Shown: positions 29,691 through 38,644 of the stretch, in pieces
Position numbering within the stretch: the stretch's first letter is position 1
Layout: every line of letters starts with the position of its first letter
Virus record (IMG/VR): IMGVR_UViG_3300020172_001601
Span: 248,001 to 312,000 of that record
Length of the DNA stretch: 64,000 nt
Reading direction: 5' to 3' (one strand)
Notes under the pieces: generated by a model
What the model saw: only the letters and a program-made list of their open reading frames with translations
Databases searched by the model: none
What the model was told of the DNA's origin: nothing
Program-made: the position numbers and the translations under genes

Positions 29691-30401
29691 ATGAAAGAAC
29701 TCGAAGCTGCGTTGAACGAAGAGTTGGCGAAGGTGCTGGGTGCAAAGCACAACTGGATGGGCGTGATTGCCGGGGTTGCCGGTCGCCGAGCCAGTGAGTT
29801 TGCCCGGACGAAGAACGGTTTGCTGGAAGACGTTGTGACCGACGTGACTGGCGACATCATTCTTCAGGCGAAGGAAGGCAAGCTGGCGGGTGCGGTGATT
29901 CGTGCCAAGGAAGCATCCCATACGGATGAAGAACTGGTGGAGAACTTACGGCACGTCGTCATGAAGGCGGCGTTCTACCGGGTGAGTGATGCCATGAAGT
30001 GGCGCTATCGCAGCGGCACTCAGTTCAGCCAGATCAGTGCTGAGAATGACTTCTCCGAGACTGTGGAAGCTCGCCCGGAAACCGAAACCGACTTGACCTA
30101 TTACACGGACCTGTTGGTGAATGAGTTGGAAGTGATGGCGACTGCTGCCGACTGGAAGCACAATCGCACCGGGAACCCCAGCTATCCGAAGCAGGCGAAG
30201 CGGTTACGGAAGTCCAAGGAAATGGTGCCGGATCGGGTCGAGGGGATGGCGTTGAAGGATTTGATGGAGAAGTACAGCGTCGGCAGCAAGGGCGGGATGC
30301 AACAGCATCTTGACGACATTGGGCAGGCACTTGCCCGTGTTGCCGGTCGGCTGGGTGATCCTACCTTGGTTCGAGGGACCAAGGGGATCGAGGTTGCTTA
30401 G
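29691..30401 (+). CDS. Divergent ECF-type sigma factor-like protein
   Basis: Region-2-like EDVVTDV...LRHVVMKAAFYRVSDAMKWRYR; region-4-like EGMALKDLMEKYSVGSKGGMQQHL; 236 aa. Confidence 0.5.
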   Translation: MKELEAALNEELAKVLGAKHNWMGVIAGVAGRRASEFARTKNGLLEDVVTDVTGDIILQAKEGKLAGAVIRAKEASHTDEELVENLRHVVMKAAFYRVSDAMKWRYRSGTQFSQISAENDFSETVEARPETETDLTYYTDLLVNELEVMATAADWKHNRTGNPSYPKQAKRLRKSKEMVPDRVEGMALKDLMEKYSVGSKGGMQQHLDDIGQALARVAGRLGDPTLVRGTKGIEVA

Positions 30402-30455
30402 GTCCAGTGTACCCTAGTGGGTGTAACAACCCACTAGACTTTGCGAGGGAATCAA

Positions 30456-30740
30456 ATGCCAAAAGGTCAATTGCCAAAAGATCAAATTGTATATCAGGTC
30501 GTCACTAAAGGTGGCGGCGTTGATGGTCGGGACCATACTGACAAGGGCGGCAACATCAAGTTCGCATCCTTTGATCGTGCCGAAGCTGAGAAGCAAGTCA
30601 CGGCATGGGATGACCTGAAGTTGGTTGCCATGAGTGGCAAAGAATTGCTGGCCCTTAAAAAGAAGGTCTTGGCAAAGTTGGACGGTGTTGAAAAGCTGGT
30701 GCTTGAGTTGCCCGCAACGGTGCGGACGAACAATTGGTAG
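30456..30740 (+). CDS. Hypothetical cassette protein
   Basis: Stop is the motif TAG. Confidence 0.7.
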   Translation: MPKGQLPKDQIVYQVVTKGGGVDGRDHTDKGGNIKFASFDRAEAEKQVTAWDDLKLVAMSGKELLALKKKVLAKLDGVEKLVLELPATVRTNNW

Positions 30741-30796
30741 GTCCAGTGTACCCTAGTGGGTGTAACAGCCCACTGGACTTTGCGAGGAAGTGAACC

Positions 30797-31123
30797 ATGC
30801 GATTGAGATATGACTATTCAACAAAGATGTGCCGTGACCGATTCGCAAGGATCGAGAAACTCGGCAAGATCAAGTTGGTGCGGGGCTATCGCTACTTTGG
30901 CCGGTACAACACGAGCCATGAAGCGGTGCTAGTTGTCGGAGAGAACGGCACTGCACGCTTCGGCGGGTTGTTGTGGGGTTATGGTGGCGAAGGTCCACGG
31001 GGATTGCAGGAACTATTGTTGAAGCTGAATGTGCCAGCGGCACAAGCTGAAGCGATTGCTTTCTCAACACCCCGGAAGGATGAGATCGGCGAAGACTGGC
31101 GGCTGGTGCTGCCGGTCAACTAG
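30797..31123 (+). CDS. Hypothetical protein (WGYGGEGP motif)
   Basis: GAGG RBS; stop is the motif TAG. Confidence 0.75.
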   Translation: MRLRYDYSTKMCRDRFARIEKLGKIKLVRGYRYFGRYNTSHEAVLVVGENGTARFGGLLWGYGGEGPRGLQELLLKLNVPAAQAEAIAFSTPRKDEIGEDWRLVLPVN

Positions 31124-31185
31124 GTCCAGTGTACCCTAGTGGGTGTGCTGGTGAGTGTTTCAAAACCCTGTTTCGGAGAGATCGA

Positions 31186-31452
31186 ATGAGCAAGTCAAGT
31201 GCAGTTGTGGTTGTTGGTCGTGGCCGTCCTGAGCAGTACAGCGCCGGATTCATCCGTGCCTTCAAGGTGATCGTGCGGAAGCACGGTTTGCTGGCGGGTC
31301 GGGAGTTCATCAACGCCAACGGCGTGACGGTCGGCGGGAAGCATCGGGACGTGAGCATCAGCTTGCCGACCCTGAGCAAGTACGTCAAACGTGATGAAGT
31401 CGGTGGCAAGGCCGTGCCTCTCTTCCGTGGTCGTCCTACGAAGGCAGCGTAA
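31186..31452 (+). CDS. Small basic protein with two GRP motifs (possible DNA binding)
   Basis: GGAG RBS; RGRP twice. Confidence 0.65.
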   Translation: MSKSSAVVVVGRGRPEQYSAGFIRAFKVIVRKHGLLAGREFINANGVTVGGKHRDVSISLPTLSKYVKRDEVGGKAVPLFRGRPTKAA

Positions 31453-31607
31453 CCTTCGGGTATGCGGGGCAGGGAATGGTCCCTGCCCTATAGGGTGCTT
31501 GGCCTAGCCGAGCAATAGCAATACCCAAATGAGAATCACTGGGCGGCGTTTAGGTCTAATGTACCCTAGAGGGTGTTGAACACAACATCCTTGAATGCGA
31601 GGAAATC

Positions 31608-32432
31608 ATGAGTGGATTTGCAGTCGGAACGTATGTTGGCCCGGCTGGTGTTCGTCGGCTGTCTTATGAGGACGGGCTGGCGAAGCTGAAGGGAAAAGAC
31701 CAGAAGAAGTTGGAAAACAACACCTATCTGGTGAAGGTGGATGACAAGACGCTGGGCGTGAAACTTCACAATACCATCGTCGTCTACATCTTCAAGAGCG
31801 GGGTGTACCAACTGGACACGGGCGGTTGGCGTACCGTGACCTCAAAGGACCGCATCAACCGATATGGTCCAGCGACGGTGCATCAGAAGAACAACATTTG
31901 GTACATCGGTGACGGCATCTATGAGGATGGCGTCCGGGTCAATGCTGAAGGCAAGGTGTTGACGCCGCAACGTGGGGTCAAGGTGGTCGAAGCGAAGAAA
32001 CGCAAGCTGGACCGCATGGTGTTGAAATACATCAAGGGGTTCGGGGAGCATGTGATTCGCAACGGGTTGCAAGTGGATAAAGCTGACAAGCCCACCGAGC
32101 AATCGCCGTGGAAGGTCGTGGAGTTAGTTGAAGGCCCCAAGCCTATTGCTCCGGGGCCGGGAGACTGTTGGGCGTGTTACTTCGGTATCACGTCAGACGA
32201 TCCCCTGAAAGAGCCACTAGGGGTCGAGCATCTGCTTGAGCATATGCTCGAAGCATACTTCGTCCCCAGCTTACTCTGGAAGGCGATTGTGGCGAATGGG
32301 TATCAAAACCCCGGCTTCATCTGGCATAGCATTGCCAGCGATGCCCGGCGTGGCGAAAGCCGGTTCCTAAGTCGTGTCCTGACTGCCTACTTCCGAAAGC
32401 GGAAACCGGCACTGTTGGACTTGATGGAATAA
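31608..32432 (+). CDS. Conserved phage hypothetical protein (LDTGGW.TVT.K.RIN family)
   Basis: Recognisable N-terminal domain; GAGG RBS. Confidence 0.75.
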   Translation: MSGFAVGTYVGPAGVRRLSYEDGLAKLKGKDQKKLENNTYLVKVDDKTLGVKLHNTIVVYIFKSGVYQLDTGGWRTVTSKDRINRYGPATVHQKNNIWYIGDGIYEDGVRVNAEGKVLTPQRGVKVVEAKKRKLDRMVLKYIKGFGEHVIRNGLQVDKADKPTEQSPWKVVELVEGPKPIAPGPGDCWACYFGITSDDPLKEPLGVEHLLEHMLEAYFVPSLLWKAIVANGYQNPGFIWHSIASDARRGESRFLSRVLTAYFRKRKPALLDLME

Positions 32433-32506
32433 AAAACAGGAACCCGCCATGAACTGAATCATGTGCGGGTTCTCTTGATTTACAACTTGTGAAAGGCTGG
32501 TGGACA

Positions 32507-32806
32507 ATGAACGCTGTTGGATTGAAGAACTTTACTGAACAGGTGATAAACTCGCCTGAACCCGTGCTGGTTGACTTCTGGGCAAGTTACTGCGCTCCAT
32601 GCCGGGCGTTAAAGCCGATCCTGAATGAAGTGTCAGCGACGGGGGCCAAGGTTGTGACGGTGGACATAACCGAGGAACCTGAACTGACTGCCCACTACGG
32701 CATCACTGCAATTCCTACGTTGGTCGTCTTCAAGGGCGGGCAACCGGGCCAGCGGGTTGTCGGGGTGAAGAAGAAGGACGAACTTCTGCAACTCATCAGT
32801 GCCTAA
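32507..32806 (+). CDS. trxA: Thioredoxin
   Basis: VLVDFWASYCAPC; YGITAIPTLVVFKGG. Confidence 0.9.
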   Translation: MNAVGLKNFTEQVINSPEPVLVDFWASYCAPCRALKPILNEVSATGAKVVTVDITEEPELTAHYGITAIPTLVVFKGGQPGQRVVGVKKKDELLQLISA

Positions 32807-32888
32807 ACCGTGTGCCGCCTTCGGGCGGCAACACCTTGCGAAGTCTAGTGTACCCTACGGGGTGTTCCAAGAAAGAAGAGGAGCTACT

Positions 32889-33494
32889 GTGAATGAGCTT
32901 GCGATTGCACGCCCCGGAAGTCTTGATCCCCGAACCCGTGTTCGTCACGGCAGAGAACGTGAACGGCAGATCGCCGTTGCGTTGAAGGATCAAGTGGGCC
33001 TCCCCATTACTGATGCCACTGAGTTCGAGGACAAAGAACGCAAGGTTGACCGATGGATCGCCTATCCTTCGGGCCGAGTTGCCCTTCAGATCAAATACCG
33101 AGAAGTCGGGGAAGACCTTCTGTTCGAGGTCTACGACAAGTTCTTCGGTTGGGATGATCCGAAGAACAAGCTGGGCCGGGATATGTTCGGCGATGCCAAG
33201 GAGTACGCCGTGCTGCTGGCTGACCGTCATACCGTCGTGATGGTTCCGACACAGCTTGCCAAGGATACCGTCGCCAAGATGACGGAGAAGGCACGCAAAG
33301 AAGGTTTCACGCATGGAGCGGTGAGTTCAACTCTCCGCTACTATGTTCACGGCCTGAAGCTGGAATTGAAGGTCCAGCGTGATCCCGGCGACGGACGCCA
33401 GAAGATGGTGGCATACATCCCCGCCAGCTACTTCGTGGCCGAGGCTCAAGCCAAGGTTTACCAAGTGGCACTGCCGAAGAAGTGGCAATCGTAG
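32889..33494 (+). CDS. Putative PD-(D/E)XK nuclease-like protein
   Basis: D..RKVD...ALQIKYR pattern; GAGGAG RBS; stop is the motif TAG. Confidence 0.45.
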   Translation: MNELAIARPGSLDPRTRVRHGRERERQIAVALKDQVGLPITDATEFEDKERKVDRWIAYPSGRVALQIKYREVGEDLLFEVYDKFFGWDDPKNKLGRDMFGDAKEYAVLLADRHTVVMVPTQLAKDTVAKMTEKARKEGFTHGAVSSTLRYYVHGLKLELKVQRDPGDGRQKMVAYIPASYFVAEAQAKVYQVALPKKWQS

Positions 33495-33550
33495 CTCCAG
33501 TGTACCCTATGGGGTGTGAAGACAATATTGCACCCCATAGGGAGATGATG

Positions 33551-33772
33551 ATGAGCATTGAACGACAACTTGTGAAGGGAGTAACGACGACTGATGTTGC
33601 CGAAGTCGTCAAGGTCAATGAGTGCATTCGCTACATTGAATCTTGCGGCTGGTTGTTGAAGCAACGTGCCAGGGGCTATTACTACTTTCGCAACGAAAAC
33701 GCCAATGAAGGTCAGCGAGACATGACTTTTTCCTTGGCAGAACTTCGGGAGGCATACCACAATGGATGGTAA
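33551..33772 (+). CDS. Hypothetical cassette protein
   Basis: GGAG RBS. Confidence 0.65.
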   Translation: MSIERQLVKGVTTTDVAEVVKVNECIRYIESCGWLLKQRARGYYYFRNENANEGQRDMTFSLAELREAYHNGW

Positions 33773-33966
33773 AGTCAAAATAAGTCACAACTATTGGTGG
33801 GAAAACGCAGTGTATTACAGGCGTTCCATCTGCGGCGGCAATATTCAGGTCTGGAACGGTCGAATATGGACTGATGCTGCCGAGTCCTGACTTATACTGA
33901 CTATTGCATACCCTTCTCCATAGGGAGTATGGGGAAGAAAGTCAGGTCTATTGTACCCTAGCCGGT

Positions 33967-34268
33967 GTAATCGCAAATTACAACACCCAGCACGGGTGGA
34001 ACGCCGAGAGCCACAGGAGTAAGCACAGAAAGCATCCTCGCTGCGAAAACAATCGAGGATCGACCCGGAATAAGCCGGTCAGACAGAGTGTGAAGGCAAG
34101 AGGGTAAGCCCCTCCCACAATATATCACTCTGAATCAGTGTGGCCACACTGAGTCTGATCGAACGAAGAAGGGCAGTGCCGAAACGACTGGACGGGCGAA
34201 AGTCAGTCACTTGCTGTTGCACAGTGCATCGAAGACCGAAGGGGACGCCCTTCGGTTTTTCTTTTTTC
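33967..34268 (+). ncRNA. Candidate structured ncRNA (~300 nt)
   Basis: Lies between the motif and a terminator; no convincing ORF; at least 6 hairpins. Confidence 0.55.
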
Positions 34269-34325
34269 ATTTTGTTTAGGTCTATTGTACCCTAGCTGGC
34301 ACAACCCCTAACGAAAGGCAATGCG

Positions 34326-34514
34326 ATGAACGAACAAGAATGGCTGGAAGCATTCAATGCCGAGTTCCTGCGTAAAACCGGCATCACATGGGCAGACGGT
34401 GGGCTGGAAGATCAGGACGCCATCAATCGCTACTTCCCGGAAGACGTGAAAGACGCTGTTCTCCAGCACATGGAGAAATACGACTTGGACGACGTGACCC
34501 AACTGTGGGCATAG
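34326..34514 (+). CDS. Small acidic protein
   Basis: Stop is the motif TAG. Confidence 0.7.
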   Translation: MNEQEWLEAFNAEFLRKTGITWADGGLEDQDAINRYFPEDVKDAVLQHMEKYDLDDVTQLWA

Positions 34515-34535
34515 GTCCAGTGTACCCTATTGGGT

Positions 34536-34651
34536 GTAATCGACCCGGCAACGCCCGAAAGATTCTAGGCAAGTACGGCGTAACCGTGACATTCCGATCA
34601 TCCTGTTCACCGGCCTGCGGGTCAAAGGGGATAGAGAGTCGGGTCGATTAC
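34536..34651 (+). ncRNA. Candidate structured sRNA/leader
   Basis: GTAATCGACCCGGC at predicted +1 pairs with GTCGGGTCGATTAC; T-run follows. Confidence 0.55.
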
Positions 34652-34678
34652 ATTCTTTTTCTTTTAGGAGAACCTGCG

Positions 34679-34843
34679 GTGAAGAAAAAATACCTTATTG
34701 CTCTGCCTTCTTTCCCTAATTCCAAGGGATTCAATCATCGAACCATTCTTGTCAGTGCAACCGACAAGAACGATGCCGTTAGCCTTGCCCGGCATTTGCG
34801 TCCGGGTGAAAACATTGGCGACATCAAGGAAGTGAACTACTAG
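34679..34843 (+). CDS. Small hypothetical protein
   Basis: AGGAG RBS; stop is the motif TAG. Confidence 0.6.
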   Translation: MKKKYLIALPSFPNSKGFNHRTILVSATDKNDAVSLARHLRPGENIGDIKEVNY

Positions 34844-34899
34844 GTCCAGTGTACCCTAGTGGGTGTAACGATCACTCAACCCCTGCGAAAGAAACGACA

Positions 34900-35331
34900 A
34901 TGGACAACCTCACGAAACTTGCGATTTCCAAGGCTCTGGAAAAGGACACGAAGAACTTCAAGGCCACGCCGGGAGTTCACGACATCGACACCACGATCAC
35001 CCTGCGAGTCAAAGGCACGGTGAAGAAGGGTGCGGATTCGGATTACACGCCGACCGTGGACATTCCGCTCCTGCCGACCTTGGCACTCGTCATGGAGAAG
35101 GCTGGCTTCATGCGGGAACGGGCAAAGGAATTGCTGATCGAAGCAATGACGGAAGCCCTCGAACTCAGCACCAAGGGCGAAGAGTTCGTTGCCGACCGTG
35201 TGAAGAACATCGACGAAGCGATGGCGCACGTCCGGGAAGTCACCGGGGCCTTGCCGAAGAAGACCAAGAGCGGGGCAACGAACGTCACCGTGACGGTCGA
35301 AGAAGTCGCTCCGGTCGAAGTCGGTGCCTAA
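34900..35331 (+). CDS. Hypothetical cassette protein
   Basis: Followed by a terminator at 35340-35375. Confidence 0.75.
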   Translation: MDNLTKLAISKALEKDTKNFKATPGVHDIDTTITLRVKGTVKKGADSDYTPTVDIPLLPTLALVMEKAGFMRERAKELLIEAMTEALELSTKGEEFVADRVKNIDEAMAHVREVTGALPKKTKSGATNVTVTVEEVAPVEVGA

Positions 35332-35437
35332 CACTGACCGCACGGCAACACTGACAATGTTGCCGTGCTTTTTGTTGGTCGTTGTTAGGTCTAGTGTACC
35401 CTATTGGGTGTAACGAACCCCAACCTGCGAGAATAAA

Positions 35438-35770
35438 ATGAAAACTGCGACCATCCCGCAACGCAATCAACGCCTGTACAAGTGCTGGAACGGCGAACTG
35501 GAAACAGTGCTGTTCCGTGAGCAATCAATCTCCGAAGGGGCGTTTGCCGAAACGTGGCTAGTGTTCGACCCGAAGGACAGCCGCCGCATTCGTTGCAGCA
35601 TTGGCAGCTACTTCACCACGCCTTACTTGGCATGGAAGGCCGAACTCAAGAGCTACCAAGACGGCCTGAAGGCCCAACGGGTGGCACTGAAGAAGGCACG
35701 GGAAGAGATCGTCACCACGAAGGCCACCATTGCCCGGCTCAAGGACATGGTTGCCCGCTCAAGCACATAA
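35438..35770 (+). CDS. Hypothetical protein with C-terminal coiled coil
   Basis: Follows motif and leader. Confidence 0.7.
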   Translation: MKTATIPQRNQRLYKCWNGELETVLFREQSISEGAFAETWLVFDPKDSRRIRCSIGSYFTTPYLAWKAELKSYQDGLKAQRVALKKAREEIVTTKATIARLKDMVARSST

Positions 35771-35780
35771 GGAAAGAACA

Positions 35781-36014
35781 ATGGCACGGCCTCAAGCATA
35801 CGACCCGCAAGAGGGTTACAAGTATCAAATCCTGACCCGCAATCCAGCGTATGGCAGAGCATGGGAGCATTGCGACTATGCGAAGGACAAGGACGAGAAA
35901 AACCACTTGATCGGCGAATATCGCTTGGCCTATGGTGCCGGGTGGGAATTCAAGGTCATCACGTTGCCCGTCAAGTATTGGCCGAAGAGGTCCAGTGTAC
36001 CCTTGATGGTGTAA
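35781..36014 (+). CDS. Hypothetical protein reading through the motif (RSSVP)
   Basis: AAGGA RBS. Confidence 0.65.
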   Translation: MARPQAYDPQEGYKYQILTRNPAYGRAWEHCDYAKDKDEKNHLIGEYRLAYGAGWEFKVITLPVKYWPKRSSVPLMV

Positions 36015-36038
36015 CCAACACCCTGCGAGGACAAGACA

Positions 36039-36269
36039 ATGATTAGCCGTGTGCAAGTATTTGAAACCAAGGGCAAGCAGTTCCCGACCTTGAAGAAGGC
36101 AATTGACTTCCGGGAGGGGCTGATTGAAGAGTTCATTCGGAAGCTGCCAGGGTTCGATCAAATGCGACACAAGGACCGCATTGCCTTCATTCAATCCATC
36201 ATCGACAACCGTGAGGTTCTGGTGGACTTGTTTGACTACAACGAAATTCTGGACGAAGACGAAGAATAA
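36039..36269 (+). CDS. Hypothetical cassette protein
   Basis: GAGG RBS. Confidence 0.7.
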   Translation: MISRVQVFETKGKQFPTLKKAIDFREGLIEEFIRKLPGFDQMRHKDRIAFIQSIIDNREVLVDLFDYNEILDEDEE

Positions 36270-36506
36270 AGAGGATCATTCAGGTCTGTGAGCAGCGGGG
36301 TAACTGGCAGGGAGGCATCCTGTCAGCCTGAATCGAGCGATGGTAAGGGCCAGCGAGGGGGCTGGACATTCGACTGTATTAGGTTCCAGCCCTGATGCGA
36401 CCGAATGCCCCTCGCTGGCACCTGCCTGCATTCAAACCAAGGGTACAAATGACCTTACGTCTATTGTACCCTAGTGGGTGTAACAAACAACAAGAAAAGG
36501 AACACA

Positions 36507-36668
36507 ATGAACCCTGCCCTGCAAGCTGCTTTGATTACACTCGTTCAAGTCATTGTGAAGCTGGAGCCGCATCAATTGGCTGCGGCCCTTGACGAAATCG
36601 ACCTGAGCGATGAAGGGTTCGAGGAAGAACTCAATATTGTGAAGCAAGCCATCAAGTGGCAGGATTAG
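36507..36668 (+). CDS. Small acidic protein
   Basis: Stop is the motif TAG. Confidence 0.65.
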   Translation: MNPALQAALITLVQVIVKLEPHQLAAALDEIDLSDEGFEEELNIVKQAIKWQD

Positions 36669-36721
36669 GTCCAGTGTACCCTAGTGGGTGTAACGAATAA
36701 CAATCATCAAGGAAACCGATC

Positions 36722-36925
36722 ATGGCTCGCAAGACCAAAGAAGAAAAACGAATCGAAGCCGCTGTCGATGCCGCCTTCAGCAAGGTGGGCAACCGTCGCC
36801 AGTTCAACATCTTCGACCTGAGCAAGATTCAAGCCGCTGGTGTGGCTGCTGGCAAGGCCGGGGAGGACATTGAAGCCGCCGTGAGCAAAGCCTGCGATCA
36901 ATACGAGATCAAAGAAGCAGCGTAG
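36722..36925 (+). CDS. Hypothetical cassette protein
   Basis: Stop is the motif TAG. Confidence 0.7.
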   Translation: MARKTKEEKRIEAAVDAAFSKVGNRRQFNIFDLSKIQAAGVAAGKAGEDIEAAVSKACDQYEIKEAA

Positions 36926-36975
36926 GGCCAGTGTACCCTAGTGGGTGTAACGAACAAAACTAATGCGAGACACTC

Positions 36976-37413
36976 ATGAACACCTGCAAAACCTGCAAAT
37001 CTTGGAATGATGGCATTTGTGAATTGGCTGATACGGTCACAGGGCCTAAATTGTTTGACATTGTTGTTAGGGTTGCCGACGATCACGGACTTGAAACATC
37101 ATTGAGAACAGGTCCAGACTTCGGCTGCGTTCATCATTCAAGCCCTGCCGTGCGACTTGGCACGTTGAACGTAGAGACTGATTGGGATTTCAGTCTTGAA
37201 TTGAATGGCACTGTTTACAGCGACAGCGAGTTTTCGATTGATATTGATTCGATGGATCAATTGGAATCAATCCAAGTTATGGGGCCATTCGGTTCACCGT
37301 CTGGCGGCAAACAATGGGAAATCCTTGCAGCTTTGGAAGCAATCAAGGCAAATCCTAGTGAGTTCTTTTCTAATCAGGGCGGCAACCGTGGGGCAATGTG
37401 GCATCCGAAATAG
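36976..37413 (+). CDS. Hypothetical protein with N-terminal CxxC
   Basis: Stop is the motif TAG. Confidence 0.7.
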   Translation: MNTCKTCKSWNDGICELADTVTGPKLFDIVVRVADDHGLETSLRTGPDFGCVHHSSPAVRLGTLNVETDWDFSLELNGTVYSDSEFSIDIDSMDQLESIQVMGPFGSPSGGKQWEILAALEAIKANPSEFFSNQGGNRGAMWHPK

Positions 37414-37448
37414 CTCCAGTGTACCCTGGTGGGTAAGGAGATCAAACC

Positions 37449-37742
37449 ATGCTGACAACTGCGGAACGAATTGAACAAGCGACAGCTTACGGCGTAGGCA
37501 CCAAAGCCTATGTTGACACCTTCGGGGGAATGGTCCCCTGTGTGGTCACGGAAATTCACAAGCCGAACGCCAATGGCATTGTCATCGGCCACGACGAATT
37601 GACCGTGCGAATTGAAGAAACCCGTGGGGGATATACGAAAGGCGAGATCGTCACACGGTCAGCCGCATACACTCCCCCACGAAAGCATCGTATCCTGCGG
37701 GGATACAGCTACCGAATCAACACGGCGTACAAGTACGTCTAG
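37449..37742 (+). CDS. Hypothetical cassette protein
   Basis: AAGGAG RBS; stop lies inside the motif. Confidence 0.75.
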   Translation: MLTTAERIEQATAYGVGTKAYVDTFGGMVPCVVTEIHKPNANGIVIGHDELTVRIEETRGGYTKGEIVTRSAAYTPPRKHRILRGYSYRINTAYKYV

Positions 37743-38146
37743 TGTACCCTACATGGCAACACGGTATGGCTGCTCAAGTGGTGTTGCAGCATTGCTTGAG
37801 CATAACACGAGGAGAGAAAAACCAATGGGCAACTAATTCCCCGATGATGACAAATAGGCGATGCAACAAGCCTTGATCGGACGCAATCGTGCTGCAATAC
37901 GATTGAACAAGACAAGAAACGACTGCAAGACCTTGCTGTTTAGGGGCGACCATACGGAATGTCGCAAAACTTAGCCGTGCCGAATTGGTCAGTGCGCAAA
38001 GCAGAGAAAACCAGCACCAGCTACCACTGGTGAAAGGCATCGGTAGAGCAGGTTGGAGTCCTGCAAATCTGGTTTTCTCTGCTTTGGGCATAGGTCTAGT
38101 GTACCCTAGTGTGTGTAACGAACACTCAACCCTGCGAGACAAGAAC

Positions 38147-38512
38147 ATGGCCGACTTGAAAGAAAAGATTGCTGAGTTTGTGAAGGCCGCTGACGAAGTG
38201 TCTGCCGCTTATTGGGAGCGACAGAAATTCACCTTCGCCAAGCCGACGCAACACCGTGCCGACTTCATCAGCGACAAATGGGTGCGTGTCGTGTCTCTGG
38301 ACGTGCCGCATGAAGGCCCGCCAGTCGTGTCGTCGGTCTATGCCTTCATCGCCCTGCAAGACGGCCACACGAAGACGCTGGGAGCAATCAAGGCGGGCGA
38401 CATTCACAAGCCTGCCGGGTTCAAGGCCCCTGCCAAGCACGCACGGGGCAACGTCTTCGAGGATGACTTCCGCAAGGCTATCCAGCCGAACGGCATCGTT
38501 TACTTGAAATAA
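38147..38512 (+). CDS. Conserved phage hypothetical protein (GDI.KPA..KAPAK.ARGN family)
   Basis: Recognisable motif. Confidence 0.75.
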   Translation: MADLKEKIAEFVKAADEVSAAYWERQKFTFAKPTQHRADFISDKWVRVVSLDVPHEGPPVVSSVYAFIALQDGHTKTLGAIKAGDIHKPAGFKAPAKHARGNVFEDDFRKAIQPNGIVYLK

Positions 38513-38644
38513 TACAACGCAGACTAGGCCAGTCTGCGGGGGAGCCAACGAGCGGCTATGCCAAGCAGGAAACTCCCCTGAAATCACAGGTCCAGTGTAC
38601 CCTGGTGGGTGTGAATAACACCCACCACTTCTAAGGAATGCGAG

